DNA of 64,000 nucleotides. Origin: Candidatus Nanopelagicales bacterium. GTDB lineage: Bacteria; Actinomycetota; Actinomycetes; S36-B12. Within the stretch, counting starts at the first letter, position 1. The number at the start of each line of letters is the position of its first letter. Positions 55,422 to 64,000 of the stretch are shown in pieces. A program made the position numbers and the translations under genes. The notes under the pieces were generated by a model. It saw only the letters and a program-made list of their open reading frames with translations. It had not been told where the DNA came from and did no database searches. Location: assembly GCA_040266055.1 (NCBI GenBank), contig JBDQFC010000010.1, forward strand, positions 1,486 to 65,485, read 5' to 3'.

Positions 55422-56324
55422 TCAGGGCGCCGGCTCCCGCTCTCCGTGCGCCCTTGCGGCAGCGATGTCGGCCTGCATCTGTTCGATGAAAGCCTGCTCG
55501 CTTTCGAACACTTCCTGACCACGCAATCGGGCAGTAAATCCGACCTCGATGTGCGCCCCGTACAAGTCGAGGTCATCGCGATCGATCACATGGGCCTCGA
55601 TGCGTCTTTGGGTTCCGGCGTACTGCGGGTTGTCGCCAACTGAGATCGCTGCCGTCATCCGGGGACAAGCGCCTTGGAGGACTCGCACCCAACCCGCATA
55701 CACGCCATCGGCGGGCGCGGCGCGGTCAGCGGTTACCGCAATGTTGGCGGTGGGCACACCAAGTGTGCGCCCCCGGTGGTCTCCGTGAACAACCTCACCG
55801 CGGTAGGTAAACGGCCGTCCCAGCACTTCCACCACCTGAGCGAGATCGCCGGCGGCCAGCGCCTCACGGACCCGTGTCGAGGAGTACCGCTCGCCGTCGC
55901 CCCGCAAGACCGCACTCTGGACCGCGAAGCCCAGTTCCGCACCGAGTTCGCGCAACGTGTCCACGTCGCCTGTGGCCCGGTGACCGAATCGGAAGTTCTC
56001 GCCAACCACCACCAAGTCGGCGTGGGTGCGTCCGATCACGAACTCATTGACGAACTCCCGGGGAGACTGTTCCCCCAGTTCGCGCGTGAAGTCGATGACC
56101 ACTACGTCGTCTACCCCCGCATCGTGCAGTGCGTCCACACGGTCGTCGATGGACGAGAGCATGGCCGGAGCTTTATCGGGCCTCAGCAGCCGCAGTGGAT
56201 GAGGGTCGAAAGTTAAAGCCACAACGCGGCCACCCCCTGCCAGCGCTCGAGCCTGGGCGATCAAGGCTTGATGTCCGCGATGCACACCGTCAAACACGCC
56301 GACGATCGCAACCCGCGTTTCCAC
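55422..56324 (-). CDS. ribF: Bifunctional riboflavin kinase / FMN adenylyltransferase
   Basis: GVFDGVHRGHQALI nucleotidyltransferase motif and a C-terminal riboflavin kinase domain (PTANI...). Confidence 0.95.
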   Translation of the reverse strand: METRVAIVGVFDGVHRGHQALIAQARALAGGGRVVALTFDPHPLRLLRPDKAPAMLSSIDDRVDALHDAGVDDVVVIDFTRELGEQSPREFVNEFVIGRTHADLVVVGENFRFGHRATGDVDTLRELGAELGFAVQSAVLRGDGERYSSTRVREALAAGDLAQVVEVLGRPFTYRGEVVHGDHRGRTLGVPTANIAVTADRAAPADGVYAGWVRVLQGACPRMTAAISVGDNPQYAGTQRRIEAHVIDRDDLDLYGAHIEVGFTARLRGQEVFESEQAFIEQMQADIAAARAHGEREPAP

Positions 56325-56368
56325 GAGTCGCAGCCTATTGCCGGAGCCTGATTTCGAGGGACCCGTAG

Positions 56369-58021
56369 GTGATCCCGTGGCAGCACGGTCCGCGATCCGC
56401 AGATCGCCTGTTCACCGCTCGCGGGCACTACGGTGCTCTCGTGCGTAAGTGGCTACCGATCATGGTTCTCGGGCTCGCCCAATTCGTGATGGTGATCGAC
56501 GGCACCGTCATGAACGTGTCGATCACCGCGGTCGTTAACGATCTCGACACCACCGTGAGTTCGATGCAACTGGCGATCGCGACCTTCACGCTCACTATGG
56601 CGGCATTAATGCTGGCCGGCGCGGGAATCGGCGCCCGCATTGGACGCCGGCGCGCCTTTGTGATCGGCACGATCATCTACGCCGTCGGTTCACTCACAAC
56701 TGCCCTGGCAAGTGGCTTCGGCATGCTCTACATCGGTTGGTCGATCGTTGAAGGCATCGGTGCAGCGCTCGTGATACCGGCTATCGCCGCCCTGGCTGCG
56801 ATCAACTACACCGGACGCGATCGGGCGGTCGCGTATGCGCTTCTCGGAGGTATCGCCGGCGCCGCGGCAGCCGCCGGACCATTGATCGGCGGTTGGGTAA
56901 CCAGCTCGTTCAGTTGGCGCTGGGTCTTTGCAGCCGAGACGATCATGATCCTTGTCGCGATCCTGCCCCTGGCCGGCAAGATCAAAGATCTTCCCGTGAC
57001 CGCCAAGGCTGGTCGCTTCGATTTCAGCGGCATCGTGTTATCGGCAGTGTCTATGGGCGTTGTGGTTCTTGCACTCGTATCGGCCAGCAGTTGGGGATTC
57101 ATTGAGCCCATGAACCCACCATTCGAGGTCTTCGGGTTCTCCCCCACGATCCCGATGGTGATGGTCGGCTTGCTGATCGGCTGGGCCTTCATCGCATGGG
57201 AACGCAAGGTCTCGGCCTCGGGCCGCGAACCGCTTGTGGGCACCGACTTGTTCAGCATTCCCACCCTGCGCGCGGGCCTGGCATCGCAATTAGTCCTGTA
57301 CTTCATCATCTCCGGCTCGTTCTTCGTCCTGCCGCTGTACTTGCAGACGGTGTTGAACCTCGACGCTCTTGACTCAGGTATCCGAATGCTCCCGATGTCG
57401 GTGGCACTGTTCTTGATGGCGATCGCCGGATCACGCCTGGCAACCCGCTTCTCCCCTCGCGCCATGATCCGCAGCGGCATCATCACCGCCTGCTTTGGCT
57501 TACTACTGCTGATCGGCGCGATCACCCCTGAAGCCACCGGCGGACTGTTCGCACTTGCCATGGCGGTGATCGGCATCGGTGTGGGCTTGGCGATCTCGCA
57601 GATCGGCAACGTCAATCTCTCCTCGGCCGATGAGTCCCGAAGCAACGAGGTGGGCGGCTTGCAGGGCACAGCTCAGAACCTAGGAATGTCCCTGGGCGTC
57701 GCGCTTGCCGGTACGGCCGTCTTCATCGGTTTGGCTGCCACCTTCACCACTTCGGTTTCGAATAACGACGACATCACAACCGCGCTGCAGGACGGAGTGG
57801 TCGAAGCCACCGCCACTGGAGTGCAGGTGATCACGGTCGAGCAAGCGCAAGAACTTCTCCAAGAGCAAGGTGTCCCTCAGGACCAAGCCGATGTGGTAGT
57901 CGAGGAATACGCGGCCAGCAAGTTGCAGGCGCTGCGCGCCGGCCTGGGCATCGTTCTCATCATCGGACTCGTCGGGTTGCCGCTGACACGGGGACTGCCA
58001 CGCGAGACCATCACTTCTTAG
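56369..58021 (+). CDS. MFS transporter, DHA2 (EmrB/QacA, 14-TM) type
   Basis: 550 aa with about 14 hydrophobic helices. N-terminal LAQFVMVIDGTVMNVSI is typical of DHA2 drug/H+ antiporters. Confidence 0.88.
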   Translation: MIPWQHGPRSADRLFTARGHYGALVRKWLPIMVLGLAQFVMVIDGTVMNVSITAVVNDLDTTVSSMQLAIATFTLTMAALMLAGAGIGARIGRRRAFVIGTIIYAVGSLTTALASGFGMLYIGWSIVEGIGAALVIPAIAALAAINYTGRDRAVAYALLGGIAGAAAAAGPLIGGWVTSSFSWRWVFAAETIMILVAILPLAGKIKDLPVTAKAGRFDFSGIVLSAVSMGVVVLALVSASSWGFIEPMNPPFEVFGFSPTIPMVMVGLLIGWAFIAWERKVSASGREPLVGTDLFSIPTLRAGLASQLVLYFIISGSFFVLPLYLQTVLNLDALDSGIRMLPMSVALFLMAIAGSRLATRFSPRAMIRSGIITACFGLLLLIGAITPEATGGLFALAMAVIGIGVGLAISQIGNVNLSSADESRSNEVGGLQGTAQNLGMSLGVALAGTAVFIGLAATFTTSVSNNDDITTALQDGVVEATATGVQVITVEQAQELLQEQGVPQDQADVVVEEYAASKLQALRAGLGIVLIIGLVGLPLTRGLPRETITS

Positions 58022-58995
58022 CAAGGAGTCGGTGGAAATACAGCCGAGAAGGAGTAGGCGCCGGTAGCGCCACTGGTGTCCACGATCGCCACGAGGTCCT
58101 CATCGGGCCCGATGAGTGCCACAGCCGACTCCGGCGGCAACTCCAGCGAGATGCGACTTCCGTTGCGCACTTTGAGCACATCTGAATCGTTGATATCGAC
58201 CGACGGCAACTGACGCCTAGCGAAAGCCGCGGGGGGTACCAGCGATTCGACACTGACCGAATCCACGTCGAGGCAGTCCTCGACTCGGACGCCACCGGAT
58301 CGGGTTCGGCGAAGTTCGGTGAGATGCCCGCCGACGGCCAGCGCCTCGCCCAGGTCGCGCGCCAGAGAACGGATGTAGGTCCCGGCTGAACACTGCACGC
58401 GCACAGCAACGTCAATCCAGTCGTCTCCGCGTTCGATCCCGAGGACGTCGAATGCATTGATGGTCACCGTTCGCGAGGGAAGTTCGACTTCCTCGCCGTC
58501 GCGAACCCGTTGATAGGCACGCTTGCCGTCAATCTTTACGGCGCTGACCGAGCTAGGTCGCTGCTCGATAGCCCCAATGAACGACGCCACGTGGTCTCGA
58601 ATCGCAGATTCGGTCACGCCACCGATCTGCTCGGTTGAGGCCTGCGACAAAACATCGCCCTCGCGATCGTCTGTGACGGTGGATGCACCGAGCCGGATCG
58701 TTGCCGTGTACTCCTTGCCGTGGCCTCCGACGATTCCCAACAGTCGCGTGGTTGGCCCAACGCCCAAGACCAAAACACCCGTTGCCATCGGATCCAAGGT
58801 CCCGGCATGCCCGACGCGTCGAATACCTAGCGCGCGACGCACCCGGGCGACAACATCGTGGCTGGTCATCCCCGCGGGCTTGTCGAGGAACAGCCCGCCG
58901 ACCACGGTGGGGTCGTCATTGGACCGACGTTTGCGGCCGCCCACCGAGGACCTACTACTCGTCCTCTTCCCGAGGATGCCGGTACGGATCGGCAT
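58018..58995 (-). CDS. truB: tRNA pseudouridine-55 synthase
   Basis: GLFLDKPAGMTSHDVV and catalytic GHAGTLDPMATGVL. Start is uncertain: ATG 58995 or GTG 58944. The ORF-track start at 59250 overlaps rbfA and is over-extended. Confidence 0.9.
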   Translation of the reverse strand: MPIRTGILGKRTSSRSSVGGRKRRSNDDPTVVGGLFLDKPAGMTSHDVVARVRRALGIRRVGHAGTLDPMATGVLVLGVGPTTRLLGIVGGHGKEYTATIRLGASTVTDDREGDVLSQASTEQIGGVTESAIRDHVASFIGAIEQRPSSVSAVKIDGKRAYQRVRDGEEVELPSRTVTINAFDVLGIERGDDWIDVAVRVQCSAGTYIRSLARDLGEALAVGGHLTELRRTRSGGVRVEDCLDVDSVSVESLVPPAAFARRQLPSVDINDSDVLKVRNGSRISLELPPESAVALIGPDEDLVAIVDTSGATGAYSFSAVFPPTPC

Positions 58996-59389
58996 CTCCG
59001 GCGTACGTGGCGCCGACAGCCTGTTCGTGTACCTGGGCGTCGGCCTGTGCTGCCTGGGCGAGAAGTTCTTCCACGTGGCGCGCGTTCTCGGGCACTGCGT
59101 CCGGGATGAACTCCAACGCTGGCGTGAACTTGATCCCGGTCTGCTTGCCAACCTCACTACGGATGACGCCGGTGGCAGAGGCGAGCGCCGCAGCGCTCGC
59201 TTCCTGCTCCTCGACGTCTCCGTAGACCGTGTAGAAGATCGATGCCTCACGCAGGTCTGGAGTTACCCGGACATCAGTGATCGTCACGAAACCGAGCCGC
59301 GGATCCTTGATCCGCAACTCCAGCATCTCCGCGACGATATGCCGAATCCGGTCAGCTAATCGGCGCTGACGAGCGACGTTCGCCATCAT
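58955..59389 (-). CDS. rbfA: Ribosome-binding factor A
   Basis: RLADRIRHIVAEMLELRIKDPRLGFVTITDVRVTPDLREASIFY is the canonical RbfA KH-like core. Confidence 0.92.
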   Translation of the reverse strand: MMANVARQRRLADRIRHIVAEMLELRIKDPRLGFVTITDVRVTPDLREASIFYTVYGDVEEQEASAAALASATGVIRSEVGKQTGIKFTPALEFIPDAVPENARHVEELLAQAAQADAQVHEQAVGATYAGDADPYRHPREEDE

Positions 59390-59429
59390 TCCTCCCAGCT
59401 TTCGTCAATCTAGAACGCGTGAAATCGTT

Positions 59430-62255
59430 CTAGGACGCGCGCGGCTTCTCGCGCATCTCAAACGTCTCGATGACGTCGTCGACCTTCACGTCCTGGTACG
59501 AGCCGAGGTTGATACCGCACTCGTAACCCTCACGAACCTCGGTGACGTCGTCCTTGAAGCGGCGCAAGCCGGCGATCGACAAGTTGTCCGCCACCACTGC
59601 GCCGTCGCGGATGAGGCGAGCCTTGGCGTTGCGCTTGACCTCACCGGATTGCACAAGACACCCAGCGATCGTGCCGAACTTGGAAGACTTGAACACCTCG
59701 CGTACCTCTGCGGTGCCGAGCTGAGCTTCCTCGTATTCCGGCTTGAGCATGCCCTTAAGAGCCGACTCGATTTCATCGATCGCCTGGTAGATGACGCTGT
59801 AGTAGCGCACATCCACACCTTCGGCGGTCGCGAACTCTGCAACCTTGCCTTCGGGTCGGACGTTGAAGCCGATGATGATCGCCTTCGACGCACTGGCCAA
59901 GGTGACGTCGTTCTTCGTGATCGCACCGACGCCGCGGTGGATGACGCGAAGGTTGACGTCGTCACCGACGTCGATCTTCATTAGCGCATCCTCCAGAGCC
60001 TCGACCGAACCGGAAACGTCACCCTTGATGATGAGAGTGAGTTCTTGCACCTCACCCTTCTCCAAGGACTCCAAGAAGTCCTCAAGAGAACGCTTCACAC
60101 GGCTCTTTGCCAGTTGCGCGTTGCGTTCACGAGCTTGCCGGGTTTGCGCAATGTGCCTGGCGGTGCGGTCCTCCTCCACCACGAGGAAGGAATCGCCAGC
60201 ACCGGGAACCGAGGTGAGACCAAGCACCTGCACCGGAGTGGACGGGCCTGCTTCCTCAACAGGGTTGCCGGCGTCGTCGAGCATCGCTCGAACGCGGCCG
60301 AAGGCATCACCTGCGACGATCGAATCGCCCTGACGCAACGTTCCGCGTTGGACGAGGACGGTCGCCACCGGGCCGCGACCACGGTCCAAGTGGGCTTCGA
60401 TCGCCACACCCTGAGCGTTTTGGTGAGGGTTGGCGGTCAGTTCGAGTGCAGCATCCGCAGTCAGCAGCACGGCCTCAAGCAGTTGCTCGATACCCATTGA
60501 CTGCAACGCCGAGACGTCCACGAACATCGTGTCGCCGCCGAAGTCTTCGGCGACAAGCCCGTACTCGGTCAACTGACTGCGAACCTTCATCGGGTCCGCG
60601 CCTTCCTTATCGACCTTGTTCACTGCCACAACGATCGGCACCTGCGCGGCCTGCGCATGGTTCAGCGCCTCGATGGTCTGTGGCTTGACACCGTCATCTG
60701 CTGCCACCACCAAGATGGCGATGTCCGTGACCTCAGCGCCACGAGCACGCATGGCCGTAAACGCCTCGTGACCGGGGGTGTCGATGATTGTCAAGGTGCG
60801 ATCACCATCGGGCGTATGGGCGACTGCCTGGTAGGCACCGATGTGCTGGGTGATGCCACCGGCCTCGCCACTGACGACGTTGGTCTTGCGGATTGCATCC
60901 AGCAACTTGGTTTTGCCGTGATCGACGTGACCCATGACCGTGACCACGGGTGAACGTGGCTCAAGATCGCCGGCTTCGCCTTCGTTTTCCCCGAACTCCA
61001 GATCGAAGGACTCCAGCAGTTCGCGGTCCTCGTCTTCTGGGGAGACGACCTGAACATCGAAGTTCAGCTCATTACCCAGCAGCATCAAGGTGTCGTCGTC
61101 GATCGATTGCGTGGCCGTGACCATCTCGCCCAGGCCAATGAGCACCTTCACCAAATCGGCTGGCGATGCGTCAATCTTCTCCGCGAAGTCGGTCAACGAC
61201 GCACCACGGGGAAGGCGCACTGCCTCGCCACCGCCGCGGGGAAGTCGAACTCCGCCGAGGGTCGGGGCCTCCATGTTGTCGAACTCTTGACGCTTGGCCC
61301 GCTTGGACTTGCGTCCACGCGAGGGACGACCGCCGGGCTTGCCGAACGCACCAGCGGTGTTGCCACGACCACCGGTGCGACCGAAGCCACCGCGGCCGCC
61401 ACCGGGACCACCCGGTGCCCCACCGGGGCCACCGCCGGGTCCACCGGGGCCACCGCCGGGTCCACCCGGACCACGACCGCGACCACCGAAATCACCGCGA
61501 CCACCGGGCGCACCGCCGGGTCCGCCCGGACCGCGGCCTCCACCGGGTCCACCCGGGCCACCGGGACCGCCACGGCCCCGAGGTCCCCCGGGGCCTCCCG
61601 GCGCTCCGCCGGGACGGCCGGGTCCGCCGGGGCCACCGGGACGAGGTGCTCGCGCGGGCATCGTGCCGGGGTTGGGGCGAGGAGCTCCAGGAACTCCGCC
61701 GCCGCGAGCCATGCCTGAGCCGCTACTGAAGGGGTTGTTGCCCGGACGGGGTCCGCCGGGACGGGGACCACCACCGCTGGTTCCAAAGGGATTGTTGCCC
61801 ACACGCGGCGCCGGCTTAGGAGTTGTGCCTGGCTCTGTCCCTGGCTCTGTCCCTGGCGCTGTGCCTGGCGCCGCGCCAGGTGCTGGACCGGCAGCGGGAG
61901 CGGCCGGAGCCTCAGGGGCAGACGGGGCCTCAGGAGCCGGGGCCGGCTTCATCTGAACGGGTGCCGCGGATGCCGGCTTCGGCGCTTCGGTCGACGTTTC
62001 GGCCTCTACCGGGCTTTCTGGCGCTTCAGCAGCCTTCTTGGTCGTCTTCTTGGCCGCCTTCTTGGCGGTCTTCTTGGCCGGCGTGCCACCCTCGGGGGCC
62101 GCGGGCATGGCATCGAGGAGCCGCCGGGCTACCGGCGGTTCGATGGTGGATGAAGCAGAGCGAACAAATTCGCCCATCTCCTGCAATTTCGCAAGGACTA
62201 CCTTGCTTTCGACTCCGAGCTCTCTGGCGAGCTCGTAGACCCGAACCTTGGACAC
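59430..62255 (-). CDS. infB: Translation initiation factor IF-2
   Basis: N-terminal [13 protein letters not shown], a long G/P-rich low-complexity region, and a GTPase core [29 protein letters not shown]. Confidence 0.97.
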   Translation of the reverse strand: MSKVRVYELARELGVESKVVLAKLQEMGEFVRSASSTIEPPVARRLLDAMPAAPEGGTPAKKTAKKAAKKTTKKAAEAPESPVEAETSTEAPKPASAAPVQMKPAPAPEAPSAPEAPAAPAAGPAPGAAPGTAPGTEPGTEPGTTPKPAPRVGNNPFGTSGGGPRPGGPRPGNNPFSSGSGMARGGGVPGAPRPNPGTMPARAPRPGGPGGPGRPGGAPGGPGGPRGRGGPGGPGGPGGGRGPGGPGGAPGGRGDFGGRGRGPGGPGGGPGGPGGGPGGAPGGPGGGRGGFGRTGGRGNTAGAFGKPGGRPSRGRKSKRAKRQEFDNMEAPTLGGVRLPRGGGEAVRLPRGASLTDFAEKIDASPADLVKVLIGLGEMVTATQSIDDDTLMLLGNELNFDVQVVSPEDEDRELLESFDLEFGENEGEAGDLEPRSPVVTVMGHVDHGKTKLLDAIRKTNVVSGEAGGITQHIGAYQAVAHTPDGDRTLTIIDTPGHEAFTAMRARGAEVTDIAILVVAADDGVKPQTIEALNHAQAAQVPIVVAVNKVDKEGADPMKVRSQLTEYGLVAEDFGGDTMFVDVSALQSMGIEQLLEAVLLTADAALELTANPHQNAQGVAIEAHLDRGRGPVATVLVQRGTLRQGDSIVAGDAFGRVRAMLDDAGNPVEEAGPSTPVQVLGLTSVPGAGDSFLVVEEDRTARHIAQTRQARERNAQLAKSRVKRSLEDFLESLEKGEVQELTLIIKGDVSGSVEALEDALMKIDVGDDVNLRVIHRGVGAITKNDVTLASASKAIIIGFNVRPEGKVAEFATAEGVDVRYYSVIYQAIDEIESALKGMLKPEYEEAQLGTAEVREVFKSSKFGTIAGCLVQSGEVKRNAKARLIRDGAVVADNLSIAGLRRFKDDVTEVREGYECGINLGSYQDVKVDDVIETFEMREKPRAS

Positions 62256-62382
62256 AATTCTCCTGTCTCGGTCCGGGCCTGGCCCGGACGGCTAGATCGA
62301 ACGCTGCATGTTCATGCTCGCGTGCTCATTAGGTGTTCATCTCCGAGCCACTCCTTCGTGGACGTCGTTTCCGGCTGAACTT

Positions 62383-62688
62383 CTACTGCTGTACGTGCCG
62401 ACGGTACTCCCCCGCATGGAGGATCTCGTCATGGACCTGCGTGATGTCGATATTGGCCCCGGCAGATATCCGCAACGCCCGAGCTAGCGCTCGACGCCTC
62501 GCGGCCTGCTCGATGCACTCGGACCGAGGGTGGATATGCGCCCCCCGTCCGGGCCCGGTCCGCTCAACGTCGACCTTGCACCCAAGCAGGGCTTCGGGGT
62601 CGGCTACGAGGCGAACCAGCAGCGACATCGGCTCGCGGGCTCGACACCCGATACATGTTCGGATGGGCTCACCCGATGAACCAGCCAC
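62383..62688 (-). CDS. ylxR: YlxR-family (DUF448) RNA-binding protein
   Basis: RTCIGCR...GRGAHIHP motif pair. GTG start 5 nt after the nusA stop. The ORF-track start at 62784 lies inside nusA. Confidence 0.8.
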   Translation of the reverse strand: MAGSSGEPIRTCIGCRAREPMSLLVRLVADPEALLGCKVDVERTGPGRGAHIHPRSECIEQAARRRALARALRISAGANIDITQVHDEILHAGEYRRHVQQ

Positions 62689-62693
62689 AGAGT

Positions 62694-63716
62694 TTACTCG
62701 CTCGAGGCAGGTGTCGGTGCAACTCCAAGATCGCCCGAATCCGACGATCCCAGCCCGCCGTCGGGTCGGATGTCGATGCGCCAACCGGTCAGCCTGGCGG
62801 CCAGTCGCGCGTTTTGTCCCTCCCGACCGATCGCCAGGGATAACTGATAGTCCGGTACGAGTACTCGGGCTGCCTTGGCCGCGGCGTCGACGATCTCCAC
62901 CGAAGTAACCCGGGCCGGAGACAAAGCGTGGGCGATCATCTCCGCCGGATCATCGCTGTGGTCGACGATGTCGATCTTTTCCCCGCCGAGCTCGCTCATC
63001 ACGTGACGGACACGCTGACCCTGCGGGCCGATGCACGAGCCCTTGCCGTTCACATCGGGTGAGTTCGAACGCACCGCGATCTTGGTTCGGTGGCCGGCTT
63101 CACGCGCAATGGCGGTTATGTCCACGGTTCCATCGCTGATCTCGGGAACTTCCAGTGCGAACAACGCCTTGACTAGGTTTGGGTGGGTACGCGACAACGT
63201 CACGATCGGGCCCTTGAAACCGCGGCGAACACCGGTCACCAGGGCCTTGATGCGCTCTCCATGCTCGTAGACCTCACCAGGCGATTGCTCTTCGGGCGGC
63301 AGGTTGGCCTCGACCTTGCCCAGGTCTACGCGCACCATGCGCGGGTTGTGGGACTGCTGGATCACGCCGGAGACGAGATCGCCCTCTTTGCCGCTGAACT
63401 CGTTCATGGTGGCGTCACCCTCGGCCTCGCGTAGTCGCGCCAACAGCACCTGACGTGCTGTCGTGGCCGCGATCCGCCCGAAACCGTCGGGGGTGTCGTC
63501 GAATTCACCGAGAACTTCACCCTCGTCATTAACCTCGGCCGCCCACACCGTGACGTGACCAGTCTTACGGTCGAGTTGGACGCGCGCGTTCTCCGCCGAC
63601 CCCTCCGTACGCTGGTAGGCCACGAGTAACGCGGCTTCGATCGTTTCGACGACAAGGTCGAGCGAGAGGTCTTTCTCGCGGACCAAGCCCTTCAGTGCAG
63701 CAACGTCGATATCCAT
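62694..63716 (-). CDS. nusA: Transcription termination/antitermination factor NusA
   Basis: N-terminal domain, S1 domain, and two KH domains ([22 protein letters not shown]; [22 protein letters not shown]). Confidence 0.97.
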   Translation of the reverse strand: MDIDVAALKGLVREKDLSLDLVVETIEAALLVAYQRTEGSAENARVQLDRKTGHVTVWAAEVNDEGEVLGEFDDTPDGFGRIAATTARQVLLARLREAEGDATMNEFSGKEGDLVSGVIQQSHNPRMVRVDLGKVEANLPPEEQSPGEVYEHGERIKALVTGVRRGFKGPIVTLSRTHPNLVKALFALEVPEISDGTVDITAIAREAGHRTKIAVRSNSPDVNGKGSCIGPQGQRVRHVMSELGGEKIDIVDHSDDPAEMIAHALSPARVTSVEIVDAAAKAARVLVPDYQLSLAIGREGQNARLAARLTGWRIDIRPDGGLGSSDSGDLGVAPTPASSE

Positions 63717-64000
63717 CAGGCGTCCTTCTTCCGATCGAACTCGACTTGGACAACGGCCTTGATGATGTCGCTGTAGGCGACCTCCCGCGACTGACCCGAG
63801 ACGTCCACGGTGACGGAGTCGTCGTTGCTAGAGGTGATCCGGCCCGTGAGGGAAGTTCCGTCTGCAAGATCAATGGCTACCAACCGGTCAGCCGCCCGGC
63901 GCCAATGCCGGGCCTCGGTCAGGGGTCGGTCAACACCCGGGCTCGTGATCTCCAACACGAACGGGGAATCCCCCACGTCCGGCAGATCATCGAGGGCGGC
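63716..64000 (-). CDS. rimP: Ribosome maturation factor RimP, 5' end outside window
   Basis: [12 protein letters not shown] motif. Its stop overlaps the nusA ATG (TGATG). The reading frame is still open at the window edge. Confidence 0.9.
   Translation of the reverse strand, partial: AALDDLPDVGDSPFVLEITSPGVDRPLTEARHWRRAADRLVAIDLADGTSLTGRITSSNDDSVTVDVSGQSREVAYSDIIKAVVQVEFDRKKDA

Noticed and set aside
56369-58021. DHA2-type MFS pump interrupting the usually adjacent ribF and truB; considered as a possible island
   Set aside because: It is a single common transporter gene with no associated regulator, repeats or mobility genes. Nothing is unusual beyond the insertion itself.
61100-61960. Highly repetitive GGxCCxGG DNA with three overlapping long ORFs on both strands; it looked superficially like a repeat array
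   Set aside because: It is the G/P-rich low-complexity linker of IF-2 (GGPGGPGG...). There are no spacers or regular unit length, so it is not CRISPR or a separate gene.
62297-62315. TCGAAC...GTTCAT between ylxR and infB resembling a LexA box
   Set aside because: The half-sites are separated by 7 nt instead of 4, the second half is imperfect, and there is no SOS logic for infB.

Overview
This is a high-GC actinobacterial chromosome segment that is almost entirely coding, with about 55 genes, mostly on the minus strand. Gene order follows the conserved mycobacterial/corynebacterial core: nrdJ-nrdR, chiZ-like/lexA, dinG, hflX-dapF, miaA-miaB, recX-recA, DUF3046, lhr-nei, clgR-cinA-pgsA-rimO, ftsK-rnj-dapA-thyX, dapB, pepR-pnp-rpsO-ribF, truB-rbfA-infB-ylxR-nusA-rimP. 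I found no rRNA, tRNA, CRISPR array, transposase, integrase or phage gene.

Several accessory blocks interrupt the core:
- a GT4 glycosyltransferase / PIG-L deacetylase pair (11.4-13.4 kb)
- a P450-MaoC-CitE-MMPL-TetR island (15.7-21.6 kb)
- a sulfotransferase-MFS cassette wedged between DUF3046 and recA (23.4-25.4 kb)
- a FAD-oxidase / atypical histidine kinase / LuxR regulator operon, divergent from glpD-azlCD (41.6-48.9 kb)
- a 366-aa protein of unknown function (50.2-51.3 kb)
- an MFS pump between ribF and truB

Regulatory signals readable by eye:
- a cluster of LexA (SOS) boxes between lexA and the chiZ-like gene
- an SOS box plus a RecA-NDp/PafBC-type promoter motif upstream of recA
- a paired TetR-type operator
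- an exactly 14-bp-phased hexamer array in the nrdR-nrdJ spacer

I do not see a clear new multi-gene system such as a defence island. The most unusual single item is the 762-aa sensor kinase, which looks like two head-to-tail membrane-kinase modules with the second one degenerate. It is translationally coupled to a FAD-linked oxidase.

All functional calls rest on motifs and synteny recognised by eye. No database search was run. Motif coordinates may be off by 1-2 nt, and many start codons were re-chosen from the ORF track.
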